From an uncultured Pseudomonadales bacterium (lineage in GTDB: Bacteria > Patescibacteriota > Microgenomatia > UBA1400 > MFAQ01): 33,766 bases of DNA. This document shows positions 16,849-25,134 of this stretch, piece by piece. Location of the stretch: positions 1 to 33,766 of the forward strand of contig CAZQDQ010000002.1 in assembly GCA_964592455.1 (NCBI GenBank). The letters are read 5' to 3'. The translations under genes were made by a program, and so were the position numbers. Each line of letters opens with the position of its first letter. Position 1 is the first letter of the stretch. The notes beneath the pieces are model-generated. The model had not been told where the DNA came from and did no database searches. It saw only the letters and a program-made list of their open reading frames with translations.

Positions 16849-17454
16849 ATGCTACCAATCTACCTGGGGTTAGTAGGACCTATCGCTTCTGGCAAAGGAG
16901 TTTTAGCAGACCACCTCAAGTATCTTGGTTTCGAGTATGTGTCTCTCTCGGACGAAGTTCGTGCAGAAGCCATCAGAAGAGGCATCCCTATCAATAGACA
17001 TAATTTACAAAACCTAGGTGACGAGTTAAGAAAAACTTTTGGTAACTGTGTTTTAGCCGACAGAGCAATGTTATCAGTAAAAGACCCCAGCCATAATCTC
17101 ATTTTTGACTCTATCAGAAATCCGGGAGAAATAAGAGAACTAAAACACATTCTAAACATTAAAATCATCGGAGTAGACGCCCCAGTCGAAAGAAGATTGA
17201 TTTGGTACTTAGAAAGAGCCAAAGAGCGAGGGGAAGATGACCCGGACATGAACGCCTTCATTCAAGTTTCCATAAGAGATAGAGGAGTAAATCAAGAAAA
17301 ATATGGTCAGCAGGTGGACGAATGTCTCAAAATGGCAGATGTTATCTTTCAAAATACCAACAAAAAAGAAGATATTATCAGGGAGCTAAATAAATATTTA
17401 AAATCCGAACTTCACTTCGACCCAGAGATCCACAGAAAATCCAAAGAAAAATAA
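16849..17454 (+). CDS. P-loop nucleotide/nucleoside kinase-like protein
   Basis: I placed the start at the internal ATG (MLPIYLGLVGPIASGKGVLADHL...). This puts the Walker A (GPIASGKG) near the N-terminus, as in dephospho-CoA-kinase/dNMP-kinase-like proteins. The longer track ORF overlaps the divergent gene. Confidence 0.7.
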   Translation: MLPIYLGLVGPIASGKGVLADHLKYLGFEYVSLSDEVRAEAIRRGIPINRHNLQNLGDELRKTFGNCVLADRAMLSVKDPSHNLIFDSIRNPGEIRELKHILNIKIIGVDAPVERRLIWYLERAKERGEDDPDMNAFIQVSIRDRGVNQEKYGQQVDECLKMADVIFQNTNKKEDIIRELNKYLKSELHFDPEIHRKSKEK

Positions 17455-17475
17455 AAAAACCGGCCCAAAGGCCGG
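17453..17475 (-). terminator. Intrinsic terminator for the minus-strand gene 17482-17802 (possibly bidirectional)
   Basis: Hairpin CCGGCC-CAAA-GGCCGG (17460-17475). On the minus strand it is followed by a U-run, the complement of A7 at 17453-17459. Confidence 0.6.
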
Positions 17476-17481
17476 AATTGC

Positions 17482-17802
17482 TTAAACCACCAGGGTACTA
17501 CTACCTAAACTCACTCCAACTTCATCATTATCAACCATCCTGCCGTTGGTCCAAGAAAATTGAACCACCTCATCCCTCAACTCATACATAAGATTACTCG
17601 CAGTCTGAGGGTCAAGTGCGCCGACATCATAGAGATTAACACTTACCTCCTTGCCAGCCAAGTCAGAGCTAGCAATATTAAAGAGACAATTAATGTCATA
17701 TTTTGCTTTCATCATTTTTTCCAAAGCATCACTTAAACCACCTGCTCTTTTGCCAACTCGTTGTTTCCAACCATTACTCAAAAAAATAGTTGCATTAGCC
17801 AT
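17482..17802 (-). CDS. Hypothetical protein
   Basis: 106-aa ORF with the SD AAGGAG 6 nt upstream of the ATG. Confidence 0.6.
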   Translation of the reverse strand: MANATIFLSNGWKQRVGKRAGGLSDALEKMMKAKYDINCLFNIASSDLAGKEVSVNLYDVGALDPQTASNLMYELRDEVVQFSWTNGRMVDNDEVGVSLGSSTLVV

Positions 17803-17887
17803 TTTTATCTCCTTTTTATATGTACTTTTACACGGCTATTATATACCTGATATGATCAAACAGTACACTCACATAAAGGAGGCTACT

Positions 17888-18190
17888 ATGGGACAAGATC
17901 AACATGGTCTTTCAGAAGATGATCTGGAAAATCTACTGCCAGAAGTAAAAGCAGCTGCGCTAAACTGGCTCAGCCACCTCAAAAAAACCAGATCAACATC
18001 ATATGAAACAATGAAGAAATTCATTGTGGCCCTCAATAAAGCAAAAAAAATACCCATCAGCCACAAAGGTAAAGAACTCACCGATAGTTTCGAAATCACC
18101 CTTGTTCGTTTAGATCCAGGTGCCAACCTAATCACCCGCACAGCTCAATACTTGATCGACAATGAAGCTGTCCGCATGCCCTCTGTTTAG
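17888..18190 (+). CDS. Hypothetical protein
   Basis: I placed the start at the internal ATG 17888, which is preceded by the strong SD AAGGAGG (17875-17881). The longer track ORF would be antisense to the neighbouring gene. Confidence 0.6.
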   Translation: MGQDQHGLSEDDLENLLPEVKAAALNWLSHLKKTRSTSYETMKKFIVALNKAKKIPISHKGKELTDSFEITLVRLDPGANLITRTAQYLIDNEAVRMPSV

Positions 18191-18927
18191 AGGGCTTTTT
18201 CTTGTCGACGCTTCTCAAACAAACAAATTGCCGTCGCCACACTGACGTTAAGAGATGCTAGTTGTCGATTCATAGGAATGTGTGCAAGTGTGTCACACTC
18301 TTTCATCAGCGGTTCACTTAGTCCCACTTCTTCACCACCAAGCATCAGTGCCACCGGACCTCTAAGGTTTGTTTCATAAATACTCTTACCCTCCAAAACT
18401 TCAATACCTATCAAAGGTACTGCGTAATCATGAATTAGTTTTATAGCCTGAAACAAACTCATTCCAATCAGTGGTACGAAGGCAGCTGCCCCCATCGATA
18501 CTTTGGCTACCACCGAGGTAATCTTATGAACCCCATTAGGGCTAGCAATCACAGCGTCCACCCCCCCCCCCCAAGCGCTTCGTAATATTGCTCCCATATT
18601 TTGCTCATAATCAATTCCATTCAAAAGCAAAACAAAAACATCTCTTTTCTCCTTTAATATTTGCTCCAAACTAGGTTGATCTGGCTCACTCATAATTGCC
18701 ACTACTCCTTGTGGGTTTCTAGATTCAGAGTACTTATTCAAATCATCAGGCTTTACCGTCTGCACTCTAACCCCTTTCTTTTGGGCCAATTTTTGAATCT
18801 CACCAATCTTAGGGTCGGCAGTCACACTAGAGGAAATTAAAACAGTCTCAATAGTCTGCGGAGAGTTAAGTGCGTCTCGGACCATATTTCTACCTTCCAA
18901 AACAATTTGTTTATTATTATGTTTCAT
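18187..18927 (-). CDS. rlmB: SpoU/TrmH-family RNA 2'-O-methyltransferase (RlmB-like)
   Basis: An N-terminal SpoU_sub_bind-like region is followed by motif 1 NMGAILRSAWGGGVDAV, motif 2 LMLGGEEVGLS and motif 3 IPMNRQLASLNVSVA. Confidence 0.82.
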   Translation of the reverse strand: MKHNNKQIVLEGRNMVRDALNSPQTIETVLISSSVTADPKIGEIQKLAQKKGVRVQTVKPDDLNKYSESRNPQGVVAIMSEPDQPSLEQILKEKRDVFVLLLNGIDYEQNMGAILRSAWGGGVDAVIASPNGVHKITSVVAKVSMGAAAFVPLIGMSLFQAIKLIHDYAVPLIGIEVLEGKSIYETNLRGPVALMLGGEEVGLSEPLMKECDTLAHIPMNRQLASLNVSVATAICLFEKRRQEKAL

Positions 18928-18950
18928 AAAGCCAATTTTACGACTAAAAG

Positions 18951-19256
18951 CTACTGCTCAACCAAGTTGGTCTCACCATCCAGCCAAAACTTGAAAGTTG
19001 CTACTATATCTTGCTTGGCTAGCTCCCACTTTTTGCTCGGTTTAATTCTGTAAGTTGTCATTCCGTCTTCAGACACTTCACCTGCAACCTTTGTTTCGTC
19101 CAAAGGCGGGTAGAGGTTTAGTGTTTGTAGCTCCTCAATTTCTTTACCGTGTTTAGTTTTTATTTCATCGGCAACTTTTACATCTATACCTTGACTATCA
19201 TCAACGCAAAGCCAGGCCAGTAATCTTCCTTCTTTATTTTTCCATTCGTAAGTCAT
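18951..19256 (-). CDS. Hypothetical protein
   Basis: 101-aa ORF. No family recognised. Confidence 0.55.
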   Translation of the reverse strand: MTYEWKNKEGRLLAWLCVDDSQGIDVKVADEIKTKHGKEIEELQTLNLYPPLDETKVAGEVSEDGMTTYRIKPSKKWELAKQDIVATFKFWLDGETNLVEQ

Positions 19257-19343
19257 GAGCTTAATTTAATCACATTTGAGCTTAAAAACACTACTAGCCT
19301 ATATAAATGGTATAATTCTCATACAAAAAACGGAGGTGTACTT

Positions 19344-19772
19344 GTGACAAAACTAACTGAAGAAGAAAAAAAGTCGGTACGAAGGTTCAATAAAAAGTTC
19401 CAAATACTTTTACTTGTTCTATTTGGAGCAATATCTTATTTTCTTGGCGTTTCAGCTAACTCGAGTTATGAGTGGTTTGTGCAAAACGGGGTGAGGACGA
19501 CAGCTGAGGTAGTAGATGCCTACTCCAAATTCAGACAGACAACTTACATTGTTCAATTTGACGTCAATGGAGATACTGTAATTGCTGAAATTCAGAGTGA
19601 TCTCAAAGTTGGACAGACAGTTGAGATTTTGTATAACCCCAACGATCCAACAGACATTCGTGTTGCAAACATTTCCAAAACCGGCTACATATTTTACATT
19701 GCCAGTACAATTTTTTGGCTTTTTGCAATGGTAGGAGTTATCGATCTTAGCTATAGTCCCCCTTCCAAGTAG
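19344..19772 (+). CDS. DUF3592-like membrane protein
   Basis: The architecture is TM helix, beta-rich middle (TTAEVVDAY...YIVQFDVNGDTV...VEILYNPNDP), then a C-terminal TM helix. It has a GTG start with the SD GGAGG and an extended -10 box TGgTATAAT (19308-19316). Confidence 0.6.
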   Translation: MTKLTEEEKKSVRRFNKKFQILLLVLFGAISYFLGVSANSSYEWFVQNGVRTTAEVVDAYSKFRQTTYIVQFDVNGDTVIAEIQSDLKVGQTVEILYNPNDPTDIRVANISKTGYIFYIASTIFWLFAMVGVIDLSYSPPSK

Positions 19773-19786
19773 GGGGACTTTTTTTT
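19755..19786 (+). terminator. Strong intrinsic terminator
   Basis: 9-bp stem AGTCCCCCT/AGGGGGACT with a 7-nt loop that contains part of the TAG stop codon, followed by T7. Confidence 0.85.
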
Positions 19787-19791
19787 GTGAA

Positions 19792-20994
19792 TTAGTCTAC
19801 AAAGGTCAAAGCAAAGCCTTTTTTGCCAGCTCTACCAGTTCTGCCAATTCGGTGTATATAGTCTTCATGAGTACCGGGTTGGTCAAAGTTGATTACGTGG
19901 CTGACATCCTTTACATCAATGCCTCTGGCTGCTACATCTGTAGCAATCAAAGCTTGGACCTCGCCATTCTTAAATTTTCGCAAGGCCGCTTCTCGTTGAG
20001 ACTGGGACTTGTTGCCGTGAATCGAGGCAACTTTAAAACCGCTTTTTAGTAGATCGTGCAATATGTCTTCCGCGCCATACTTTGTTCTACTAAAAACTAA
20101 TACTCTTTCAAAACCTTCAGTCTTAAGAAGGTCTTTAAGTTTGTTTAATTTATTAAATTTTCCAGATACTTTTATCACATTTTGCTCTACATTTTGAGCT
20201 GTAACACCAGTTTTTACCGAAATTTTAATAGGAGAAATCATAAACTGTCTTCCAATCTGCTCTACTCTATCGTCAATTGTGGCGGAAAAAAGCAGTGTTT
20301 GTCTCTTTTCAGGAAGCAAAGACATAATATAACTAATATCCTTCACAAAACCCATATCGAGCATTCTGTCCATTTCATCTAGTACTACTGTTCTGACTCG
20401 CTCAAAGCGCAATACATGACGCTCATATAAGTCTTTGATTCTGCCTGGGGTGCCAACAAATATATGAGGGTGGCGTCTTAGATCCGCAATTTGTCGTTCC
20501 ATACTAGAACCACCAATAAGTAAACAAGAATATATTGGCAAACCAACAGCTAGTTGTCGGATTTCGTCTCTAATCTGTACAGCCAATTCTCGTGTCGGGG
20601 CTAGTATCAAAGCATTCTGTCCCGGGTCAGAAATTATTTTATTTAGTATTGGCAAAACAAAAGCTGTAGTCTTTCCTGTACCAGTGTCGGCCAAACCAAT
20701 AATATCAGTTCCTGCCAGGCCAGCTTTAAGAGCCTTGTCCTGAATTGGAGTTGGGGTGGTAAAACCTCTTATTTCCAAGTTCTTTTTTAGTCTTTCGTCC
20801 ATAGTAAAGTCAGCAAACTGGTGTTCAATCTCTACCACTTCAATTGCAGTATCTATAGCAGCTCGTACAAATAGCCTCGTATCTAACTGTTTTGGGGCAA
20901 AACGAGATCTACCCCCACTGGCAACCTTACTTCGACCACCAAAAAAACTTTTTCCAGTGCGCCTTGGCCCACCAGACCTTCTTCTTGTAAACAT
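19792..20994 (-). CDS. DEAD-box ATP-dependent RNA helicase
   Basis: I placed the start at the internal ATG (MFTRRRSGGPRR...). Motifs present: PTPIQ (Q/Ia), ADTGTGKT (I), VLDEMDRM (II, a DEMD variant), SAT (III) and HRIGRTGRAG (VI). Confidence 0.92.
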   Translation of the reverse strand: MFTRRRSGGPRRTGKSFFGGRSKVASGGRSRFAPKQLDTRLFVRAAIDTAIEVVEIEHQFADFTMDERLKKNLEIRGFTTPTPIQDKALKAGLAGTDIIGLADTGTGKTTAFVLPILNKIISDPGQNALILAPTRELAVQIRDEIRQLAVGLPIYSCLLIGGSSMERQIADLRRHPHIFVGTPGRIKDLYERHVLRFERVRTVVLDEMDRMLDMGFVKDISYIMSLLPEKRQTLLFSATIDDRVEQIGRQFMISPIKISVKTGVTAQNVEQNVIKVSGKFNKLNKLKDLLKTEGFERVLVFSRTKYGAEDILHDLLKSGFKVASIHGNKSQSQREAALRKFKNGEVQALIATDVAARGIDVKDVSHVINFDQPGTHEDYIHRIGRTGRAGKKGFALTFVD

Positions 20995-21126
20995 ATATAT
21001 CAGGGGGATTATCCGACCACCTTTCCGGTTGTCCTTTAGAAAAATGTAGTAATTAGGCAACCGCCTCACTCTAAGAACAATATAGGGCATTATATCACAC
21101 ATTCAAATTGATATAAAATAGTAATT

Positions 21127-21465
21127 ATGGACATCGAAAGTTTAGAAAGTCTCAAAACGGCCAAGCCTGCCAAAGTTACCAATATAACTCTCCAGCGAGC
21201 TGTAGACCTCGGTGAGTACGACCCAGAATATCTCTCATCCTTTCCCGAGTGGCACGATCTTACTCCTCACTTGCAGTGGCGCATGGTTCACCAAGCCATC
21301 AAAAACAGGCGCACTTCTCTGATGGTCAACTGGGCGGAAGTCGCCAATCAACCAAACTACAGTCAAAAGCCCCACCTCAAACCAATTCAAGCAAGTATAG
21401 AAAAACAATTAAAACAACTCCAGGACGACGAAGAAAGTTTACAAAACTTCTTTTTAAATAAATAA
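21127..21465 (+). CDS. Hypothetical protein
   Basis: 112-aa ORF. TAAAAT (21114-21119) lies 7 nt upstream of the ATG. No SD is present. Confidence 0.55.
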   Translation: MDIESLESLKTAKPAKVTNITLQRAVDLGEYDPEYLSSFPEWHDLTPHLQWRMVHQAIKNRRTSLMVNWAEVANQPNYSQKPHLKPIQASIEKQLKQLQDDEESLQNFFLNK

Positions 21466-21492
21466 AAAAAAGACACTCATTTTCAGAGTGTC
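21464..21492 (-). terminator. Intrinsic terminator downstream of the tRNA-like gene
   Basis: Hairpin GACACTC-ATTTTCA-GAGTGTC (21472-21492). On the minus strand it is followed by U8, the complement of A8 at 21464-21471. It is very similar to the terminator at 25102-25131. Confidence 0.7.
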
Positions 21493-21503
21493 AATAATGA
21501 TAG

Positions 21504-21586
21504 CTCCGCCGGTGGGACTTGAACCTCACAACTACTCGCCACAAATGCATTTGGGACAGAGCGCTCTGCCATTGAGCTACGGCGGA
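21504..21586 (-). tRNA. Aberrant tRNA-like gene (83 nt); anticodon identity not assignable
   Basis: On the minus strand I can read a 7-bp acceptor stem (UCCGCCG/CGGCGGA, U1-A72, G73). The D arm GCUC-AAUGGCA-GAGC and the T loop GG-UUCAAGU-CC are canonical. However, 39 nt lie between the D and T elements instead of about 27-28. I found no 5-bp/7-nt anticodon arm. The region folds as a long hairpin, CUC-UGU-CCCAAA-UGCA-UUUG(U)GG-C-GAG. The T stem needs a bulged A. Confidence 0.5.
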
Positions 21587-21605
21587 CCGATCAAATTACC
21601 AGAGA

Positions 21606-21634
21606 ATTCTATTATCCCAAAAGATGCTTGTCAA
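21606..21634 (-). promoter_or_regulatory. Near-consensus promoter driving the tRNA-like gene
   Basis: Minus strand: TTGACA (21634-21629), a 17-nt spacer, then TAGAAT (21611-21606). The -10 box ends 19 nt before the predicted RNA 5' end. Confidence 0.6.
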
Positions 21635-21675
21635 TAGATTGTTCTGGTAGCACACTTTTTTTCATTGCTATTCCC

Positions 21676-22455
21676 ATGTATCATAAATACATGGGTCCGG
21701 TCTTTCTGCAAGTTGCTGTTTTAATCTTTGTTTACATGACTATTTGGTTTTCAGTCTCAGTTGCTCTCAAAAGAAACGATGTAGCTGATCTGGCCTGGGG
21801 GCTAGGCTTCATCGCTATTTCTCTCTTTTTAGTTCTCATAAACCCCAACAGTCCAGTTTTAAAACTGGTTTCCTTACTAATATTTTTCTGGGGATCTCGG
21901 CTTGCCTTGCACATCTTCAATCGCTTAATCAACAACAGCGAAGATCCTCGCTACTTAAATTGGCGTAACCAATGGGGGAGTAGTTTTTATCTAAGGTCTT
22001 TCTTCCAAGTATTTATGCTCCAAGGACTGTTTATGTACCTTATTTCTCTCACCATTATTACTTCAACTCAGTCAACAACAACTACTTTAAATTATCAAAT
22101 CATTATTGGCATTATTGTCTGGTATCTCGGTTTTGTTTTTGAATATGTTGGCGACCAGCAGTTAAAAGACTTTCTTAACATGCCCCAAAATCGTGGCCGA
22201 CTGATGACAGAAGGTTTATGGAAATATACTCGCCACCCTAATTACTTTGGCGAAGTTACCCAATGGTGGGGAATTTATATCCTCACCTTTAGTCTCAGCA
22301 CCTGGTACTCAATACTAAGCCCTGCAACAATAACTGTCTTAATTCTATTTGTTTCTGGAATACCATTAACAGAAAAGCATTATTCAAATCGCCCAGACTG
22401 GCAGGAATACAAAGAAAGAACCAGTGTTTTTATTCCCTGGTGGCCAAAAACATAG
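21676..22455 (+). CDS. DUF1295 / steroid 5-alpha-reductase-like polytopic membrane protein
   Basis: The motif GLWKYTRHPNYFGEVTQWWG is present. I placed the start at ATG 21676, because the TTG-extended track ORF overlaps the tRNA-like gene's promoter. Confidence 0.8.
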   Translation: MYHKYMGPVFLQVAVLIFVYMTIWFSVSVALKRNDVADLAWGLGFIAISLFLVLINPNSPVLKLVSLLIFFWGSRLALHIFNRLINNSEDPRYLNWRNQWGSSFYLRSFFQVFMLQGLFMYLISLTIITSTQSTTTTLNYQIIIGIIVWYLGFVFEYVGDQQLKDFLNMPQNRGRLMTEGLWKYTRHPNYFGEVTQWWGIYILTFSLSTWYSILSPATITVLILFVSGIPLTEKHYSNRPDWQEYKERTSVFIPWWPKT

Positions 22456-22514
22456 ACAAATAATTATCAGCTAAACAAAAATGATATATTTATCACATAA
22501 TCAATAACAATAAA

Positions 22515-22943
22515 ATGCAAAAAAAGAATTTTATAACCACCACCTCCGTTGAAATGACACGAATTTATTTCGTCTGTTTACTAGCCAACCTGCTAGTTGC
22601 TTTTTTAGCCAACAGAATAGCACCCTTGTCAGTTGTTTTTGGTACGAGCACCTTAACACCAGGTTGGGGAATGTTTCTTAGTATGGGGTCACTATCTTTA
22701 ATTAACCTCCTCATTGTTCCCTTTTTTGAGCAAATACAGCAAGAATTGCAAAGAAACTTAACCCCAAAAGAATGGATGATGGGATACTTTGTTGTAAACT
22801 TTCTAGGGATCTGGCTTATTACCAGATTTGCTGAACAACTTGGTTTTGGGATCTCTGCTTGGTGGGTGGGTGCATTATTAGCCTTAGTTCTGGATTTGTT
22901 TCAAGGTATAGCTATAATGCGTTTTGCCTATGACAAAAAATAG
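22515..22943 (+). CDS. Hypothetical polytopic membrane protein
   Basis: 142-aa ORF with about four hydrophobic segments. No family confidently recognised. Confidence 0.6.
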   Translation: MQKKNFITTTSVEMTRIYFVCLLANLLVAFLANRIAPLSVVFGTSTLTPGWGMFLSMGSLSLINLLIVPFFEQIQQELQRNLTPKEWMMGYFVVNFLGIWLITRFAEQLGFGISAWWVGALLALVLDLFQGIAIMRFAYDKK

Positions 22944-23415
22944 GTCTTTTTACCTCATTCTCTTTCTTGGGGCTATTACTCTAAGCTTAATATTTTTTTA
23001 CCGCCCAAGTGAAAACACATCACCACCAACTAACGAAGATCAGGGAAAACCCCAAACAGCAAGGGAAGTCGCCGATAACACAGAGTCAGAGTTAGAAGGA
23101 TATTTACCCTATACAAATGACAGCTTTGATAGCCAAAGGACTAAGCGTAGAGTTCTCTTCTTTTATGCAAGCTGGTGCACCACTTGTCGCCCCGTCAATG
23201 CGGAGTTTGCTCAAAACAAAAACGAAATACCTAAAGACGTTGTCGTTTTCAGAGTTAATTACAAAGATTCAGATACAGATGAAGCAGAAAAAAACTTAGC
23301 CGAAAAATACAAAATTACCTATCAACATACTTTTGTTCAAGTAAATCAGCAGGGAGAAGTTATTAAAAAATGGAATGGGGGTAACTTAGCCGAGCTGATA
23401 AAGAATGTTAACTAA
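22924..23415 (+). CDS. Membrane-anchored thioredoxin-like protein
   Basis: It has an N-terminal TM anchor. The thioredoxin-fold active site reads FFYASWCTTCRPV (WCxxC). Confidence 0.8.
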   Translation: MPMTKNRSFYLILFLGAITLSLIFFYRPSENTSPPTNEDQGKPQTAREVADNTESELEGYLPYTNDSFDSQRTKRRVLFFYASWCTTCRPVNAEFAQNKNEIPKDVVVFRVNYKDSDTDEAEKNLAEKYKITYQHTFVQVNQQGEVIKKWNGGNLAELIKNVN

Positions 23416-25089
23416 ATGATTCTCTTGGTTTTTTACTCATTCCTTGCCGGCATCATTACAATTCTTTCTCCGTGTATTCTGCCAGTTTTACCCATCGTTC
23501 TCTCTGTCTCAGTTTCAGATAGAAGTGTTTTTAAAAAACAAATTGGCACTATAACTGGTTTTATTTTTAGTTTTACATTTTTTACTCTTTTTCTATCAAG
23601 CCTGGTGAACCTATTTAATATCTCACCAAATGTTCTTCGTAGTTTTTCCATCTTTGTAATAGCCTTTTTAGGTGTTTCCATGCTGTCTGGTACTATCCAG
23701 TCTATTATCGAAAGAATTTTTTCATTTATTGTCAACAAAGTCCCTCATATTTCTAGTGATGGCAGCGGTTACTGGTCTGGTTTCCTAGTTGGTTTATCTC
23801 TTGGTCTGATTTGGACTCCTTGTGTTGGTCCAATTCTGGCATCAGTTATTACTCTTGCACTTAGTGGCACCGTTACTATAAACGCTTTTATTATTACCCT
23901 TGCTTACGCACTTGGCACTGCCATTCCTATGTTTGCAGTTATGGTTGGTGGCAACAAAGTACTCACCAAAATTCCGCTCCTAGCCAAAAACGCTGGCAAA
24001 ATTCAGAAAGTTTTCGGCCTAATCACTATTTTTATTGCTATAGCTTTATACAAAAATTGGGACCGCAGTTTCCAAGAGTGGATATTAAACAAATTTCCCA
24101 ATTATGGAACCTCACTTACTATTATAGAAAGCAAAGGTGACACCTCTTTAATTACCGGTATTAAGAGAAGCGATCCGAGAGTTGACCAAAATAACTTAAA
24201 AGTTATTGCCAAAGCTCCAGATGTTATCCCTGGCGGAGAGTGGCTAAATACAAACACCCCCTTAAGTCTTGCCGGAAACCTGAAAGGTAAAGTCGTTCTT
24301 ATCGACTTTTGGACTTACACCTGTATCAACTGTATTCGTACTTTACCGTATTTAAAAAGTTGGCACGAAAAATACAAGGATAGTGGACTAGTTATTGTTG
24401 GTGTTCACTCACCAGAATTCGAATTTGAGAAGGATATTACAAACCTTTCCAGGGCAGTAGTCGATTTCGAAATAAAATATCCAGTTGTTCAGGACAACTT
24501 CTTTAGCACATGGCGCGCCTACAACAACACATACTGGCCAGCCAAATATCTAATTGACGGTCAAGGAAATCTGCGCTACTACCATTTTGGAGAAGGTAAC
24601 TATAACGAAACCGAAAAAGCGATTCAGGATTTGCTTCTCGAGCTCGGTTCCACACCCAGTGCAAAAATAAACAACCTACAATCCCAAAACTACTCCCAAA
24701 CCCCAGAAATCTATCTTGGTTTTGGTAGAGGGGATGTTGGTTTAACAACCACAAAGGAAAAATACCAAAAACAAGTGGCTCCTAAAAATCTAGGCAAAAA
24801 TCAGGTTGGTTACAACGGTAACTGGCTTTTTTCCAAAGAGTACGCTCAATCAGACGAAGGTTCAGAGCTTTTATTAAACTTTTCTGCCAAAGATGTCTTT
24901 CTTGTCATGCACCCAGAGTCAAAGCCAGCAGAGGTTGAAGTTTATTTGGATGATGTCTTTCAATACAAATTTACCGTCGACAAAAATAGGCTATACGAAA
25001 TTCTAAAACTACCAGAACCAGGAAGACACCTTTTAAAGTTAAAATTTCTAAAAGAAAAAGTAAAAAACTACGCCTTTACTTTTGGCTAA
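23416..25089 (+). CDS. dipZ: CcdA/DsbD-type thiol-disulfide transporter fused to a thioredoxin-like (TlpA/redoxin) domain and a C-terminal beta-domain (DipZ-like)
   Basis: The CcdA Cys motifs LSPCILPVLP and WTPCVGP lie in TM helices. The extracytoplasmic redoxin site reads FWTYTCINCIRTLPYL. An extra C-terminal domain of about 150 aa follows. Confidence 0.85.
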   Translation: MILLVFYSFLAGIITILSPCILPVLPIVLSVSVSDRSVFKKQIGTITGFIFSFTFFTLFLSSLVNLFNISPNVLRSFSIFVIAFLGVSMLSGTIQSIIERIFSFIVNKVPHISSDGSGYWSGFLVGLSLGLIWTPCVGPILASVITLALSGTVTINAFIITLAYALGTAIPMFAVMVGGNKVLTKIPLLAKNAGKIQKVFGLITIFIAIALYKNWDRSFQEWILNKFPNYGTSLTIIESKGDTSLITGIKRSDPRVDQNNLKVIAKAPDVIPGGEWLNTNTPLSLAGNLKGKVVLIDFWTYTCINCIRTLPYLKSWHEKYKDSGLVIVGVHSPEFEFEKDITNLSRAVVDFEIKYPVVQDNFFSTWRAYNNTYWPAKYLIDGQGNLRYYHFGEGNYNETEKAIQDLLLELGSTPSAKINNLQSQNYSQTPEIYLGFGRGDVGLTTTKEKYQKQVAPKNLGKNQVGYNGNWLFSKEYAQSDEGSELLLNFSAKDVFLVMHPESKPAEVEVYLDDVFQYKFTVDKNRLYEILKLPEPGRHLLKLKFLKEKVKNYAFTFG

Positions 25090-25101
25090 ATAAAGATCCC
25101 T

Positions 25102-25131
25102 AAAAAAAAGGCACTCTATTTAAAGAGTGCC
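25102..25131 (-). terminator. Intrinsic terminator of the tRNA-Thr/tRNA-Trp unit
   Basis: Hairpin GGCACTCT-ATTTAA-AGAGTGCC (25110-25131). On the minus strand it is followed by U8, the complement of A8 at 25102-25109. Confidence 0.72.
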
Positions 25132-25134
25132 AAG

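Noticed and set aside
16762-17887. Long 5' extensions of track ORFs 16762..17454 and 17651..18190
   Set aside because: Both extensions run antisense through neighbouring genes. Their internal starts give a Walker A close to the N-terminus (16849) or follow a strong AAGGAGG SD (17888).
20995-21102. N-terminal 36-codon extension of the DEAD-box helicase ORF
   Set aside because: The extension (MCDIMPYIVLRVRRLPNYY...) has no helicase-like features. The internal Met begins the Arg/Gly-rich N-tail typical of such helicases. The choice of start remains an inference.
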